Below, piece after piece: positions 36,029 through 46,225 of a stretch of 61,728 nucleotides of DNA. Positions within the stretch are counted from its first letter, which is position 1. Each line of letters begins with the position of its first letter. The notes beneath the pieces are model-generated. The model saw only the letters and a list, made by a program, of their open reading frames with translations. It searched no databases and was not told the DNA's origin. The translations under genes were made by a program, and so were the position numbers. The stretch is from a virus (lineage: Duplodnaviria; Caudoviricetes), in the IMG/VR virus record IMGVR_UViG_3300035661_000068, positions 1 through 61,728 of that record; one strand, given 5' to 3'.

Positions 36029-36550
36029 ATGGACACGATGTATTTTCTGAGCCCGTCAGAAATCCTGGTCTTAACAGAAGAACTGGCTAAGCCCGTCTAC
36101 ACCAGCATGACTGATCAAGAGCGGTCAGACTACATCTGTCGCCCTGAAGACGCCGTGACCAACCCGACGCCGCAAGGCCAAGTCCCGATCGTCATAACAG
36201 TGGATGACCTTTTGACACGGCTCAAAGATCCAGCAAATCACTCGATCGGAAAGCTCGCCGCGTGCCCATCAGCACCAGCTTTGCGTGACGATGTTTTTGC
36301 GAACGACATCTCCAAAGTCAAAGGTTGGGCAAAGTTTTTCGTAGGTGCCGGAATCATCACCGTCGGAGAATATACCGATGTGATGGTGTATCTAAACTCG
36401 ACCGTTCCGGACCCGAGCTATTCCGCAACGATCCCAGCTCCGACGCCGCTGTTTCGTCTGTTTGGTGGCAAGGTGTGGTCTTTGGATGGGCCTAATCCGA
36501 ACAGCTACGACCGCATAACGATCGAAGACATCGCACTGGCGAGGAGTTAA
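36029..36550 (+). CDS. Hypothetical protein
   Basis: ORF in head module. Confidence 0.65.
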   Translation: MDTMYFLSPSEILVLTEELAKPVYTSMTDQERSDYICRPEDAVTNPTPQGQVPIVITVDDLLTRLKDPANHSIGKLAACPSAPALRDDVFANDISKVKGWAKFFVGAGIITVGEYTDVMVYLNSTVPDPSYSATIPAPTPLFRLFGGKVWSLDGPNPNSYDRITIEDIALARS

Positions 36551-36551
36551 C

Positions 36552-37031
36552 GTGGCGACAACCTTTAAGGCCCAGTACGGCACAAACGGCCAGGCTATCA
36601 CTGTTACGCTGGCATCACTTGCGAGTGCTGCATCACGGGCAAGCACAGCCGTTGATAACACCACAAATCTATTCCTCGACGCATTGGTCCAGATCGGCAT
36701 CAAGACCGGCACAGTAGCGGGAACAGCCTATATCGCCGTGTACGCATACGGGACAGCAAACAACGGGACAAACTACATCGAAGGTGTTTCCGGCACCGAC
36801 GCTGGCATTACGCTCACCAGTCCAACGAATTTGAAGCTGCTTGGCATCCTAAACACACCGATCCTAAACACGACATACAACGGCATGTTTAACGTCGCCG
36901 CAGCGTTTGGCGGGCAACTACCTGCGAGCTGGGGAATCGTAATTCAAAACAATACGGGCGGCACACTGGACGCCACTGAAGCGAACCACCTCAAGGTTTA
37001 CCAAGGCTTATACGCCCAGGGCACTCCGTGA
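36552..37031 (+). CDS. Probable virion structural protein (beta-rich)
   Basis: Thr/Gly/Ala-rich; GGAG RBS; head module. Confidence 0.65.
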   Translation: MATTFKAQYGTNGQAITVTLASLASAASRASTAVDNTTNLFLDALVQIGIKTGTVAGTAYIAVYAYGTANNGTNYIEGVSGTDAGITLTSPTNLKLLGILNTPILNTTYNGMFNVAAAFGGQLPASWGIVIQNNTGGTLDATEANHLKVYQGLYAQGTP

Positions 37032-37861
37032 TCTCCATCACGACCCGCAAGCCATCTTTGGGAAAGCTACCGCTCGGCTATTCGGTCGACTGGTCGCGGA
37101 GCGTCACACAAGGGCTTGTCGGCGACTGGAACTTGGCCGAAGGCGGCGGGCTCACAACGGTAAACAGTGGAGCCGCAGCGAGCAGCAACGGAACACTCTC
37201 AGGCTCAGTCACACGCATCCAAGGACCGGGAGGCCAGGGCCTTAATTTTGCAGGATCAACCGCCCAGGCCAATTGCGGCACATCAGCGGCTTTTGAATGC
37301 GATGCTGCCGGAACCGCTTGTACGTTGGAGTCATGGGTAAGGCTGACCACGACGGGGGCCGGAAATGACCTTTATTTTCTAACGAAGGCTGCCAATACCT
37401 CATCGTCCAGCCCTGCGATCGGGATCGGGTACAACGATACCGCTTTCCGCATGAGAGCCTACTATGGCGGGTCAACGGTAAACAATTCAGCCTGGGTCTT
37501 CACGCAAAACGCTGTCCAGCATTTCATCGCGACGTTTACCAAGGGTGGCAACGTATCGATATACCTGAATGGAATACTTGTAACGACTCAGTCCATATCA
37601 GCCACGACTATCGCGACTACCGGATCGGTCACCGCGATCGGCGGTCACTATCGCACGACAATCGGTGCAGGATTTGGAATGGTTGGCGATCTCTACCGAA
37701 GTCGATGGTGGAACCGAGCACTGCAGCCTGCAGAAATTCAACAGCTCTATCGTGACCCAAATTCACTGTACGTCGCCCAGCGGTCGCGATACTTCGGCAT
37801 CGGTACAGCGGCGGCGGCTGGTGTTCCGAACTCAATGATGCTTATGGGATGCGGAATCTGA
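37028..37861 (+). CDS. LamG/concanavalin A-like lectin-domain virion protein
   Basis: GLVGDWNLAEGGG, TLESWV, HFIATF, IYLNG, WNRAL..AEI. Confidence 0.8.
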   Translation: MISITTRKPSLGKLPLGYSVDWSRSVTQGLVGDWNLAEGGGLTTVNSGAAASSNGTLSGSVTRIQGPGGQGLNFAGSTAQANCGTSAAFECDAAGTACTLESWVRLTTTGAGNDLYFLTKAANTSSSSPAIGIGYNDTAFRMRAYYGGSTVNNSAWVFTQNAVQHFIATFTKGGNVSIYLNGILVTTQSISATTIATTGSVTAIGGHYRTTIGAGFGMVGDLYRSRWWNRALQPAEIQQLYRDPNSLYVAQRSRYFGIGTAAAAGVPNSMMLMGCGI

Positions 37862-38035
37862 CATGGACGCAAAAGACAAGGCTTAATCTAAATTTTGGCG
37901 ACCACGTGGTGGCCATTATATATCGGTCAGGGTCATCGGTAGATCCGCCAGCCTTCGCGAAAGCGTCGGTGGAGGTCGGAAGCCAAACCTGGAGACCGCC
38001 GTGGTGATCGTAACGCACAAACAAAGGGTATTAAA

Positions 38036-39346
38036 ATGGAAAAGTGGTTTGAACTTGTGAAGGAATACGAAGGCCAGAGCGTTGGCAAGCGTATCCTGTT
38101 GGACGAGGCAAATGGCAACGCCCTCAAGCAGCTTGGCATCGCCAAGGACGCTGCTCAGGACGTCAACGCCGAGATCGTCGCAAAGGCAACCCAGGACGGC
38201 ATTTCGACCGTCACGGCTTCGGTGTCGAAGAGCATCGAGACGCTGGTTAACGAGCTGACGGCTCAGATCAAGCGTCCTTCCGTCATCACCGTTACGGCTG
38301 GCGAAGAAGACAAGACCAAGTGTTTTGCCGACTTCCTCCGTCGAATGGCTTGCGGCGACCGTGAAGGTTTGATCAAGGTCTACAAGGCTCAGAAGTCTGC
38401 CCTCGCGGAAGCTTCTGGCGTGACCGGTGGTTACCTGGTTCCGCCTGAGTACCTGAGCGTCTTGATGCAGCTTGCTGCCGAAGATGCCATCGTCCGCCCC
38501 CGTGCCGACGTGATCCCGATGAACAGCCGATCGATCGACATCCCGATGCTCGACCAGACGACCGTTCAAGCTGTCGGCACGACCCCGTACTTCGGTGGTG
38601 TCATCGCCAAGTGGACCGCTGAATCGGCCACACGAAACGAAACCGAACCCACGTTCAAGCAGATCCAGTTGGTCGCTCACGAACTCGCCGGTATGTCGTA
38701 TGTCAGCCGTGTCCTCATGGCCGACTCGATCATCTCCGTCGACAAGCTCCTGACGAACAACTTCGGTCGTGCTCTCGGCTGGTACGAAGACTACGCCTTC
38801 TTGCAGGGTGACGGTATTGGCAAGCCTAAGGGTGTCCTGAACAGCCCTGCCTGCATCTCGGTTACTCGTGCCAACACGGGCTCGGTTCCATTCTTGCTCG
38901 TCGATGTCGCGAAGATGTACAGCAAGCTCCTGCCCCGCTCTGTCAGCAAGGCTTGCTGGGTTATGTCGCAGACCGTGCTTCCTTACCTGATTCAGCTCGC
39001 TGACGCTTCGGGCCGCACCGTCTACCTGCCGAACCCGACGTACAACACCGACGGTGGCGCAGCTACCAAGTCTGTCCCGATGACCTTGCTCGGCTTGCCG
39101 GTCATGTTCACCGAGAAGCTTCCTGCGGCTGGCACCGCTGGCGACGTCCTGTTGGCCGACTTCAGCCAGTACCTGATCGGTGATCGTAACGGCTTCGAGA
39201 TCGCATCCTCGACCGACTACGCCTTCACCAGCAACCAGATCGTCTGGCGGTTCATCCACCGTGTCGATGGCCAGCCTTGGCTCGATGCCCCGATCACCTA
39301 CCAGGACGGTTCGACTCAGGTCAGCCCGTTCGTCAAGCTCTCCTAA
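38036..39346 (+). CDS. Major capsid protein (HK97 fold)
   Basis: GGYLVP.E, W.AES, AFLQGDG.GKP.G, LLGLPV, LADFSQY, R...RVDG. Confidence 0.95.
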   Translation: MEKWFELVKEYEGQSVGKRILLDEANGNALKQLGIAKDAAQDVNAEIVAKATQDGISTVTASVSKSIETLVNELTAQIKRPSVITVTAGEEDKTKCFADFLRRMACGDREGLIKVYKAQKSALAEASGVTGGYLVPPEYLSVLMQLAAEDAIVRPRADVIPMNSRSIDIPMLDQTTVQAVGTTPYFGGVIAKWTAESATRNETEPTFKQIQLVAHELAGMSYVSRVLMADSIISVDKLLTNNFGRALGWYEDYAFLQGDGIGKPKGVLNSPACISVTRANTGSVPFLLVDVAKMYSKLLPRSVSKACWVMSQTVLPYLIQLADASGRTVYLPNPTYNTDGGAATKSVPMTLLGLPVMFTEKLPAAGTAGDVLLADFSQYLIGDRNGFEIASSTDYAFTSNQIVWRFIHRVDGQPWLDAPITYQDGSTQVSPFVKLS

Positions 39347-39353
39347 ACCGAAC

Positions 39354-39384
39354 GGACCCTACTTCGCCCGTCGGGGTAGGGTCT
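39354..39384 (+). terminator. Stem-loop after capsid gene
   Basis: GGACCCTACTTCG / CGGGGTAGGGTCT inverted repeat. Confidence 0.5.
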
Positions 39385-39417
39385 GCTTGATTCTCAACAC
39401 ATACGAAAGGGGAAACG

Positions 39418-39873
39418 ATGGCTTTTCAAGAAAATATGACGCAGGAGTTGGCTCTCGTCGGTCAGATCGCTCCCGCGAGCTTTTCTGCCGGTACGACTGA
39501 GATCTCGGCGATCGACATGAGCTATTTCCGCAGAATTATGTTCGTCATTCAGTGTGGCGTTCTGACTTCCGCGACCGTCGACTTCAAGGTTAAGGCATGC
39601 GCTACCTCTGGCGGAACGTACGTCGACGTAGCTGGGCCTTTGTCAATCACTCAGATCACGACCAGCACGAAGATTGCCGAACTCGAAGTTAAGGATGAGA
39701 CCTTGGCTGCCGCATCCAGCACGGCTGGTGTGAGCTATCGATTCGTCGGTGGCCGTCTGACCGTTGGCGGTACGAGCGCCTTGGTCGCGGTGACCGTTTG
39801 GGGCTCGGTTGCTCGCAGCAAGCCACTCACTCCGCAGAACCTCGCAGCCGTTACTCAAGTTGTGGTCTACTAA
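39418..39873 (+). CDS. Probable capsid-associated (decoration) protein
   Basis: IDMSYF motif; directly after the major capsid gene. Confidence 0.65.
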   Translation: MAFQENMTQELALVGQIAPASFSAGTTEISAIDMSYFRRIMFVIQCGVLTSATVDFKVKACATSGGTYVDVAGPLSITQITTSTKIAELEVKDETLAAASSTAGVSYRFVGGRLTVGGTSALVAVTVWGSVARSKPLTPQNLAAVTQVVVY

Positions 39874-39879
39874 ACCGAT

Positions 39880-39908
39880 TCAGTGGGGTAGCGACCCTGC
39901 CCCACTGA
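39880..39908 (+). terminator. Stem-loop
   Basis: TCAGTGGGGTAG / CTGCCCCACTGA. Confidence 0.5.
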
Positions 39909-40074
39909 TCATTCTACTGGAGATGACGTGGAAAAGCAAGACAAACAGATGACGCCTGAACGCAAGGTCCAGAACGAAACCTTGGCCCGCACAAAAGCGA
40001 TCATGGATACGCAAACCAGTCCGAAGCAGCCATGTAGCGAATCATGCAAGTGTAACGAGAAGTAAAGGGTACAG

Positions 40075-40995
40075 ATGACCGCACCACTGACGACGGTAGC
40101 ACGATTCCTTCCGGCGATTCCGGGTGCGACGCAATCTCAGCTTACGATCGTTCCGAATCTCATCCAGGCGGCGTCGAACATCGCCGTGCGGTACACGAAC
40201 CGCCAATTTTGGCAAGCCGACTACACAGAATACCGCGACTCGTCGCTGAGCAATTCGATCATCCTACGACAGTTCCCGGTAAACCAAATCACACGCATCT
40301 CGTTTAACCTCCAGCCCGTCCTGACTATCACGTCGACCAACACCTCGTATCAACGAGCACTGGCCCAACTGGATACGAGTGGCACGCTCGAAACGGGGCT
40401 GACGGTCAACGGAATCCGACTCTCGTGGCTCAACTCGGGTGTCGCCGGAACCACGCTGATCGACACGTCTACTCTCTTGACTCTACAGAGTGTGGCTGAC
40501 GCGATCACCGCCCTTGGCAATGGTTGGTCCGTGAATGTTCTGGCCGGATTCAGCCAGTATCCGACGACCGACATCTGCCCGATCCGTGGCGGAGGCTCAT
40601 GTAGGGGAACCGGATGCGACTTCTCCATCTACACGCAAGATGCCAACAACTATCAGGTCGATCCAGGTATCGGCGAAATTAAGCTGATCGACCGCACGAA
40701 CGCGAACTTCTTCGCATTCACCAGCTACCCTTGGACGAACAGTTGGGGTAACCCTGGATACCGAAATATCCGCATCGACTATAACGCCGGGTTCGTCGCG
40801 ATCCCCGAAGATGTCCAACAGGCGGTCGTCCTGATAGCACAAATGCTGTATGAGATCGGCGACCAGACGCTCGTGACGAAGATGGTCAAGGTGTTCGACT
40901 ATCAAGAAGAGACTGACGCCGACCTGATCGCGATTCCGGACGCGGCGAAGGAAATTCTCAACCTCTACCGCAATTTCCGCTCTTCGGGAGAATAG
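40075..40995 (+). CDS. Head-tail connector (gp6-like) with large insertion
   Basis: LIQAAS......TNRQF, LRQFPV, RIDYNAGF..IPEDVQQAV, EILNLYR. Confidence 0.75.
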   Translation: MTAPLTTVARFLPAIPGATQSQLTIVPNLIQAASNIAVRYTNRQFWQADYTEYRDSSLSNSIILRQFPVNQITRISFNLQPVLTITSTNTSYQRALAQLDTSGTLETGLTVNGIRLSWLNSGVAGTTLIDTSTLLTLQSVADAITALGNGWSVNVLAGFSQYPTTDICPIRGGGSCRGTGCDFSIYTQDANNYQVDPGIGEIKLIDRTNANFFAFTSYPWTNSWGNPGYRNIRIDYNAGFVAIPEDVQQAVVLIAQMLYEIGDQTLVTKMVKVFDYQEETDADLIAIPDAAKEILNLYRNFRSSGE

Positions 40996-40996
40996 T

Positions 40997-41350
40997 ATGT
41001 CACTCGGAAGACTCATGATCCACCGGGCCGACGTCGAACACGCCACCGTGACGAGTGGCAAATCGATGACGTCGGTGCAGGAATGGAAAAAGCGGGCCGT
41101 GCAGTGCCCGTGCCGGGTCCAGCCGGACAAGAGCTACGCGACCGCATCATTCAGTGCGACTGGCAAGGAAACGTACGCCAGGATCCACTTTTGTCCGCCT
41201 GTCCAGTGCGAACGCGACGACCGAATCCACATCGTCGACGGTCCTGGTCGGATCGGACAGATCTGGGAAGTCGTGGGCGAATTTGAGGCCGATACGATGG
41301 GTACGTTCACGGTCGTGTTCGCCAAGCTCTACGGAGCGGGAGTCGTCTGA
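40997..41350 (+). CDS. Head closure/stopper protein
   Basis: Position; CPCRVQP...DDRI. Confidence 0.6.
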   Translation: MSLGRLMIHRADVEHATVTSGKSMTSVQEWKKRAVQCPCRVQPDKSYATASFSATGKETYARIHFCPPVQCERDDRIHIVDGPGRIGQIWEVVGEFEADTMGTFTVVFAKLYGAGVV

Positions 41351-41820
41351 TGGCTTGGAACCGTGGTGGCAAGCCTGCAGAGAAGAACTTTGTCTGGTAC
41401 GGTGACCAGCTTCTGAAATACTGTGCTGACGCGGGGTTCTATGGATGCGTCAGGGCCGCGTACTTCCTCAGGGCTTACATCCGAAACATGATCGGCATCC
41501 CAGGGTTTGGCGTGCCGAGCGAAAAGGGTGATCCGCCACATCTGCAGTCAGGTAAGCTTAAAAAATCGATCAAAGTCCTGGTCAGCAATCAGATGGATGA
41601 AGCCATCGTCTACAGCGACCAAGAGTATTGGTTCTATCTTGAGTACGGAACAAAGAACGCTGATGGGTCAGAACGTATGGCTAAGCGTCCATTCTGGCGA
41701 CGATCGATCGACGAGACACAGTTGACGATCCAGCACGTCACAAAGTCGGCGATCTTGGAATACATGTCGGGGCACATTAAGAGTTTTGACCCGCACGAGG
41801 ATCCCTTTCCAGAAGCATAG
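41350..41820 (+). CDS. HK97 gp10-like tail completion protein
   Basis: PS..GDPP..QSG.L..SI, YLEYGT...MAKRPF. Confidence 0.85.
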   Translation: MAWNRGGKPAEKNFVWYGDQLLKYCADAGFYGCVRAAYFLRAYIRNMIGIPGFGVPSEKGDPPHLQSGKLKKSIKVLVSNQMDEAIVYSDQEYWFYLEYGTKNADGSERMAKRPFWRRSIDETQLTIQHVTKSAILEYMSGHIKSFDPHEDPFPEA

Positions 41821-41828
41821 GAACGGCT

Positions 41829-42032
41829 ATGGCATACGTCACAAAGATTGTCATCCTGATCGCAACGATCATCATCCTTCTCTACGACGGGTACGTCTGG
41901 GCTCGCTACGGATCTGACAGCACAGTCAGTTGCGTGATCCTGAAGCTCTCCATGCAGTACCCGTTCGTCCCGTTCGCCGCAGGTGTCCTGTGTGGTCACC
42001 TGTTCGCCCCGATCCGAATCACGAATAAGTAA
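41829..42032 (+). CDS. Small two-TM membrane protein
   Basis: Hydrophobic; PF.AGVLCGHLF. Confidence 0.65.
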   Translation: MAYVTKIVILIATIIILLYDGYVWARYGSDSTVSCVILKLSMQYPFVPFAAGVLCGHLFAPIRITNK

Positions 42033-42042
42033 AGGCCAAAAC

Positions 42043-43650
42043 ATGCCAGATGGCGTATACTATGTAGATCCAGGAGCAGGGACGGGAAACAAGCTGATCG
42101 GCGTGGAATTCTGCACCGTGAACAGCGTAGCTAACACGGGGATCTCGCTCGGCAAGGTTGGGTTTGGAGGTGCTGATGTATTCACATACGTGACGAGTTC
42201 GGTAGGATTGCCGGTTAATGTTCTGAATACCAGCATCGCGGTGACGGCTGCTTCGCTCCCACTGCCATCTGGGGCCTCTACGTCGGCCTTACAGACGACT
42301 GGAAACGCATCGCTCAGTTCGATTGATGGAAAAGTGCCCGCGTTAGGCCAAGCGGCGTCTGCGGCGTCTTTGCCGGTTGTGCTGCCTGCGGCCCAGATCA
42401 CAACCCTGACGCCTCCAGCGGCCATCACTGGCTTTGCCCTCGACGCGACTCTCTCGACGCTCAGCGGTAAGATTACGGCTTGCAACACAGGATCGGTCAC
42501 GGTTGCGTCTTCGGCTTTACCGACAGGTGCGGCCTTGGACGCGACGGTGTCGACGATGTCGGCCAAGATTCCCGCGTTGGGTCAAGCAGCATCTGCGGCG
42601 TCGCTGCCGGTCGTGCTGCCCGCCACACAGATCACCACGTTGACACCGCCCGCCGCGATCACCGGTTTTGCCCTTGAGGCTGGAAATCTCGCGACGATCG
42701 CTGGTAAGGACTTTGCGACCCAAACGACCTTGTCGGCGTTGAACACGAAGGTCACGACATGTAACACCGACGCGGTAGTGTTGGCTGCGGGCGCTGCGGC
42801 GATCGGCTCGATCACCAATACGTCTTTTGGTGCCACGGGTGCTGCGGCGTCTGGTGCTACGAAGTCTGGTAATCCAGTCCAGGTCGGCGGAGTCTTCAAC
42901 ACGACCCAGCCAACGGTGACGACAGGCCAGGCTGTAGAGTCGCAGTCGACCGCTCGCGGTGCTTTGATTGTCGCGACAGGCGTCGATACTTTTAACGTAA
43001 CGGTCAACGCAGCCCTCCCAACGGGTGCCAATACGATCGGATCGATCTCGAACGTCAGCGGAACCATCAGTCTTCCGACGGGAGCCGCAACAGCTGCGAA
43101 GCAACCCGCACTCGGAACTGCAGGATCGGCCTCTACCGACGTGATCACGATCCAGGGCATTGCGTCCGCGACACCAATCATTGTCAATCAGACGCAACTC
43201 AACGGTGTTGCTCACCTTGCTGGCAACGGCGTCACTGGCACCGGGTCTCCGCGAGTCACGATCGCGTCTGACAACACGGCGTTCTCGGTGAACAATTATC
43301 CAGCCGGTGATACGATCAGCATTGCTGGAACCGCATATACGGTTAAGCAGGCTTTTGTCTTGGCAGCGTCTGGAACCACGACCGTCGTGGCAGCGGTCGC
43401 GTCTAAGAAGATCAGGGTGTTGAGTTACTCGATTGGGCCAACGTCTGCGGCGGCGAACATTTATCTGACCAACACGACGGCTGGTGCGACCGGCATCTGC
43501 TCGACCAAGTATCTTCCAGCGAATGGTGGCCTCGTGGCTCCACTGAACCAGTATGGGTGGTTTCAGACAACCGTTGTCAACGAACCCCTCCAGATCGTCC
43601 TTTCAGCTGCTGCGAATGTTGGTATTGACGTGACGTACATCGAAGTCTAA
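42043..43650 (+). CDS. Ala/Thr-rich fibre-like virion protein with internal duplication
   Basis: K.PALGQAASAASLPVVLPA.QITTLTPPAAITGFAL occurs twice. Confidence 0.7.
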   Translation: MPDGVYYVDPGAGTGNKLIGVEFCTVNSVANTGISLGKVGFGGADVFTYVTSSVGLPVNVLNTSIAVTAASLPLPSGASTSALQTTGNASLSSIDGKVPALGQAASAASLPVVLPAAQITTLTPPAAITGFALDATLSTLSGKITACNTGSVTVASSALPTGAALDATVSTMSAKIPALGQAASAASLPVVLPATQITTLTPPAAITGFALEAGNLATIAGKDFATQTTLSALNTKVTTCNTDAVVLAAGAAAIGSITNTSFGATGAAASGATKSGNPVQVGGVFNTTQPTVTTGQAVESQSTARGALIVATGVDTFNVTVNAALPTGANTIGSISNVSGTISLPTGAATAAKQPALGTAGSASTDVITIQGIASATPIIVNQTQLNGVAHLAGNGVTGTGSPRVTIASDNTAFSVNNYPAGDTISIAGTAYTVKQAFVLAASGTTTVVAAVASKKIRVLSYSIGPTSAAANIYLTNTTAGATGICSTKYLPANGGLVAPLNQYGWFQTTVVNEPLQIVLSAAANVGIDVTYIEV

Positions 43651-43665
43651 CGAGGGCAAGCGATC

Positions 43666-45633
43666 ATGTCGACCATCATATATAACGGCACATTTGCAGT
43701 CGCCGACACAACTGCCAACGCGACCGCTGGATCGACCGCGACATCGATCAAGGGGCTGTGGGATGCGGTCACGGTCGGAACGCAGGGTGCCTGGATTGAC
43801 TCGTCTGGCTCCAGCAACTTTGTGTCGTCGAATCGTGGTGTCGTCAGCAATCTTTTTACCAACGCGGCGACGAAGCGACCGGCTGGCGACGCTGCCCGTG
43901 ATCAACAGATCCAAGTCATTCTATCCGCGAGCGGCAACCAAAGCAACTGCATTCTTGACTTAAAGCTACGTGATTCGTCCTCGACCGCCGCAACTTCAGG
44001 CCCGTGCTACACTTGCGAAATTGGCTATGCTGGCTCGTGTAAGTTCTGCAACGACTCGCTCACACAGATCGGGGCGACCCAAACCCTCACTGGTGCGATC
44101 GATCCTGCTCAGACCTGCACGGTCACGTTCAAGGCGGTTGGCACAACTTCGGTCGTCTTAACACTGACGGTCGTGCAGAACGGAGCGACTCTCGGATCGT
44201 TTACCGTCACCGATTCTTCGCCGTCGGTAGCTCTTCAGGGATCTGGTGTCGCCGGTATCGCCCATGCGTCGCAGAACATTTATTTCGATCAGGTTGTGAT
44301 CACGAACATCACCACGACCTCGATCTCACTTTCACCCAACACTGGCACGACCGGAACGTCCGGAACGGTGGCGGTCACCGGAACTGGAACAAGCTTTAGC
44401 GGTTCACCGTTCAGTTTGACTGGTGGAACCGGGGCGTCGATCACAAGCCAATCAGTAAGTTCCGCCACCGCCGCATCGATCAATGTCAACTATGGATCCG
44501 CTACCGGCACACTCACGGTCTCGGACGGAGCTGGTGATACAGCCAACATCACCGTGTCAGCACCATCGGCGTTGGCACCGGGCGTCGTTTCGCTGACATC
44601 GGCGACCACGACAACGATCAGCCTTACGTCGACTTCGCCCACGGGCGGCACGGCCCCGATCACTCAACAGTGGTACAGGGGGACGACGTCGGACTTTACT
44701 CCAGGGACTGGAAATTTACTCGCCGGTAAGACCTCGCTAACGCTCACCGACACCCCTCCGACGAGCGGGGTCTACTTCTATGCTCTCAAGTTCACCGATT
44801 CTGCGGGCTCGCCCGCGACGGTGTACGCGACGCCCAGCGGGGCAGCCTTCGTATATGTCGCCGGTGCCGTCGGTACGCCGTATCCCGCGTCGACGTGGGC
44901 GACGCCGATCAGCGTCTACGAGATTGGTGACTCTGTCACGTACTACGGAGCGAACTATTCATCGTACGCTCAAAACATCATCAAGTTCGCAGCGGGGAAC
45001 CCTCGCGCCGTAACCTACACGACCAACGGTATCAGCGGGACAGCGACGATGGATTGGCTCCCAGCGGGCAATCCACGATCGACCAACGCGGGAAACATCG
45101 ACCCAGCCGTGACGGCAGCGATTGCGGCAAACGCGACGCATATCTCGATTCGGCTCGGAGCTAACAATCTCAAGACGAGCTTCAACTCGACCGCAGGACC
45201 GCTGACACCAGCCGCGACGTGGCTAAGCGACATTGTGGCGATCGGGACGTACATTCGAGCAGCGTTCGTAACCGCTGGTAAGACAGCCCCGTCGATCCTG
45301 GTGCATGCACCGAGCTACATCGTTCCTAATGTTCTGCAATTCTCAGGGCAGGTTACTCAGTGGGATGACAATTCCGACGCAATGAACCTTGCCTATAACG
45401 CCATCGTTGGGGCTGGTGGAATCGGCACAGGATTCTACCCTGGAGACACCGCATCCTACCATTACTTCGCAAACAATCCAGGGCTGATGGATTACGCGGG
45501 CGTCCACCACAACACCCAAGGCTATCAAGACCACAACAGCAACGTCGGTTCAGCATTCGTAGCAGCTTTCCTATCATCGGGCGGGACAGGCGGAATTGTC
45601 AATCCTCTTTGTAATAATGTAATTCAGGGGTAA
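43666..45633 (+). CDS. Virion protein with C-terminal SGNH/GDSL hydrolase domain
   Basis: IGDSVT, NGISG, LGANN, D..GVH blocks; Ser/Thr-rich beta domains N-terminally. Confidence 0.75.
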   Translation: MSTIIYNGTFAVADTTANATAGSTATSIKGLWDAVTVGTQGAWIDSSGSSNFVSSNRGVVSNLFTNAATKRPAGDAARDQQIQVILSASGNQSNCILDLKLRDSSSTAATSGPCYTCEIGYAGSCKFCNDSLTQIGATQTLTGAIDPAQTCTVTFKAVGTTSVVLTLTVVQNGATLGSFTVTDSSPSVALQGSGVAGIAHASQNIYFDQVVITNITTTSISLSPNTGTTGTSGTVAVTGTGTSFSGSPFSLTGGTGASITSQSVSSATAASINVNYGSATGTLTVSDGAGDTANITVSAPSALAPGVVSLTSATTTTISLTSTSPTGGTAPITQQWYRGTTSDFTPGTGNLLAGKTSLTLTDTPPTSGVYFYALKFTDSAGSPATVYATPSGAAFVYVAGAVGTPYPASTWATPISVYEIGDSVTYYGANYSSYAQNIIKFAAGNPRAVTYTTNGISGTATMDWLPAGNPRSTNAGNIDPAVTAAIAANATHISIRLGANNLKTSFNSTAGPLTPAATWLSDIVAIGTYIRAAFVTAGKTAPSILVHAPSYIVPNVLQFSGQVTQWDDNSDAMNLAYNAIVGAGGIGTGFYPGDTASYHYFANNPGLMDYAGVHHNTQGYQDHNSNVGSAFVAAFLSSGGTGGIVNPLCNNVIQG

Positions 45634-45635
45634 CG

Positions 45636-46214
45636 ATGACATACAAGCCAAGCCAGCCCTACCATAAGGTGTTCACGATCAATGGCGACGCAGGGGCGAC
45701 GAATGCCGACTCGCTTCCAACCGCGACCGCCAATCGGAACGGGACCGACGACGGAGCATTCGCACTCACGGTGGCGAATCTGGCGACCGGAGTCTACGCG
45801 ATCAGCGGGACAGTGCCCTCTGGGTACGCCCTCGCGGATATCGTGCAAATCCGAGTCGCCGCCACGGTCAGTAGTGTCGGGTACGTGACGAACGTGGACT
45901 CGTTCCCCATCGACACCAAGTACCTTGGTAACCTCAACGATATCGCGAATCCGGTGACCGTGGCTGGCATCAGCAACCTCACCACGGGAGCCGTCGTGAC
46001 TGGATCCACCACGACTACGGTTATCGTATCGGGTCTCCCGACCGGATATAACTATGTCAATCAGAAGATCTTCAATCTCACGACGGTGGAGCAGCGGTAC
46101 ATCGCATCGCAATCGACCAGCGGAAGTAACTACATTTTCACCATCGGAACAGGATCGAACGACTTGGGACCATTCACTGCCGTCGCGGCAGGCAACATCA
46201 TCGCGGTCGTCTAA
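45636..46214 (+). CDS. Probable virion structural protein
   Basis: Thr/Gly-rich; tail module. Confidence 0.6.
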   Translation: MTYKPSQPYHKVFTINGDAGATNADSLPTATANRNGTDDGAFALTVANLATGVYAISGTVPSGYALADIVQIRVAATVSSVGYVTNVDSFPIDTKYLGNLNDIANPVTVAGISNLTTGAVVTGSTTTTVIVSGLPTGYNYVNQKIFNLTTVEQRYIASQSTSGSNYIFTIGTGSNDLGPFTAVAAGNIIAVV

Positions 46215-46225
46215 GGAGTAAAGGT

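Noticed and set aside
37916-39259. 447-aa antisense ORF over the capsid gene, and similar shadow ORFs
   Set aside because: Expected by-product of biased codon usage on the opposite strand; no motifs.
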